The notes beneath the pieces are model-generated. The model did no database searches, was not told the DNA's origin, and saw only the letters and a program-made list of their open reading frames with translations. Shown piece after piece: positions 62,640-64,000 of a DNA stretch of 64,000 nucleotides (its first letter is position 1; every line of letters starts with the position of its first letter). This DNA is from Lama guanicoe (taxonomy: Eukaryota). The position numbers and the translations under genes are program-made. The DNA lies in NCBI GenBank assembly GCA_013239625.1, contig MU054132.1:248001-312000 (forward strand), written 5' to 3'.

Positions 62640-62868
62640 GGCCGCTGGGGGAGGGGGAGCGGCAGACTGCGAGGCGAGGGACGCGCGCGGCGGGCGGCGG
62701 CTCCAAGCGGCGGCCGGACTAGGGGCGCTGGAGGCCAGGCCGGCCAGGGGGTATCCCGAGATCTCGATGAAGTCCCCCCGGGGCCGCGGACGGGGCGCTG
62801 TCCTGGGGAGGCTGTCGGGGGATCCCCGACATCCATGGCTAGGCGGGGGCCGCGGCGGTGCGCTCGGA
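62640..62868 (+). other. PTH1R: Candidate PTH1R P2/U3-like untranslated exon; start approximate
   Basis: Strong donor gga|gtaagt at 62869 inside the CpG island. Confidence 0.5.
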
Positions 62869-63762
62869 GTAAGTTGGGGTTGGGAGCCGGCGCCGAGGGG
62901 AGGGGGCCGGAATTGGGTAGAATGACTCCAGGCCTGACCGGGGTGGGCAGGCTGGTCTGTCTCGATGTCAGTCGGCGGCGCCTCCTCGGAGCCCGCCGGA
63001 GCCGCCAGCCCCGCGCCGCTGGGCTCCGGGGCTTTTTTGGAAACTTGCAAATGTTTTCGCAGAGAGCAAGGGGGAGGGGAGAGAGGGAGCGAGGGAGTGA
63101 CCGAAACGCAGCTCGGGGCTGCTGGAAGAACGGAGGCCAAGGCCGGGGGAGTTAGAGACGGACTGACAGACAGGCAGACAGACCGAGCGTCCCGGCCGCA
63201 GGCGCGCTCTAGCGGCGCGGGCGCAGGCGGGGCTCCGGCACAGGATGGGGAGGGAGTGCCGGAGGCGGCAGCGTACGGATCGGGATCAGAGGGGGCCGAG
63301 GGGCTCGGAGCTGGCGGCCGGATCACCGAAGGGCTCAGTGTCCTTGCAAAGTTGGGATCCCTTACCCAAGCTGCACGCACCACCCCCCGCCCTGCCCCGC
63401 CCCCCCTTGTGCTAGCCGAGCTAAAAATAACAGCCCGGTTCGCCCCCCGCAGACCGCGACCAAGAAAGAAAAGGCGGCGCGGGAGGGGGGTGGACGGGGG
63501 GCGGGCCGGGGGCGGGGGGCCCGGCCATATGGATGTGATTTCTCTGCTCCAGGGCAGACGGGCAGCTCCGCAGCTCTCGGCGCCCGCCCGGCCCCCGGCT
63601 GCCTCCCTTCCTCCCTCCCTCTCTCTCCTTTGCACCCGTTCGCTCGCTAGCCCTCGGCGCATGGGCCCCGCGCCGGGCCCCGGGGCCTCGGGCCGCCGGG
63701 CCGCCGGGGTCCCCTAGGCCCTGGCGTGGGCGGGACAGCCTGGCCTGACGCAGCTCTGTACC

Positions 63763-63789
63763 CCACCACCACCACCACCACCACCACCA
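63763..63789 (+). repeat. (CCA)9 repeat at the PTH1R splice acceptor
   Basis: Nine perfect CCA units; the last A is the A of the acceptor AG. Confidence 0.95.
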
Positions 63790-63829
63790 GGGCCGGCGGC
63801 GGCGGCTGCCCCGAGGGACGGGGCCCTAG

Positions 63830-64000
<171 letters not shown>

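Noticed and set aside
62122..63717. Long ORFs (194-383 aa) on both strands in the PTH1R CpG island
   Set aside because: Gly/Pro/Ala/Arg-rich and open in several frames, as expected from stop-codon scarcity at very high GC; no recognisable domain

Overview
Mammalian genomic DNA, probably camelid (tRNA-derived Vic-1-like SINE, cetartiodactyl-type L1 3' ends), syntenic with the PRSS44-PRSS42-MYL3-PTH1R region. It holds four genes. (1) An intact five-exon testis serine protease gene, PRSS44-like (minus strand, 394 aa, full His/Asp/Ser triad). (2) A multiply disabled PRSS42-like pseudogene (minus) whose 3' end is nearly identical to that of the PRSS44-like gene. (3) The complete MYL3 gene (minus, 197 aa). 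(4) The 5' end of PTH1R (plus), with candidate untranslated exons, its CpG island and the signal-peptide exon. Between the genes lie two TE-dense blocks and an orphan CpG island with a CTCF motif. I see no new multi-gene system, and most ORFs in the supplied track are spurious GC-rich or repeat ORFs. The best leads are: the PRSS42 loss with apparent gene conversion, a perfect DR5 element made by an 11-bp tandem duplication upstream of the PTH1R CpG island, and a MIR-derived 57-nt PTH1R 5'UTR exon carrying an in-frame uORF. Gene, repeat-family and species names come from recognition by eye, not from database searches.
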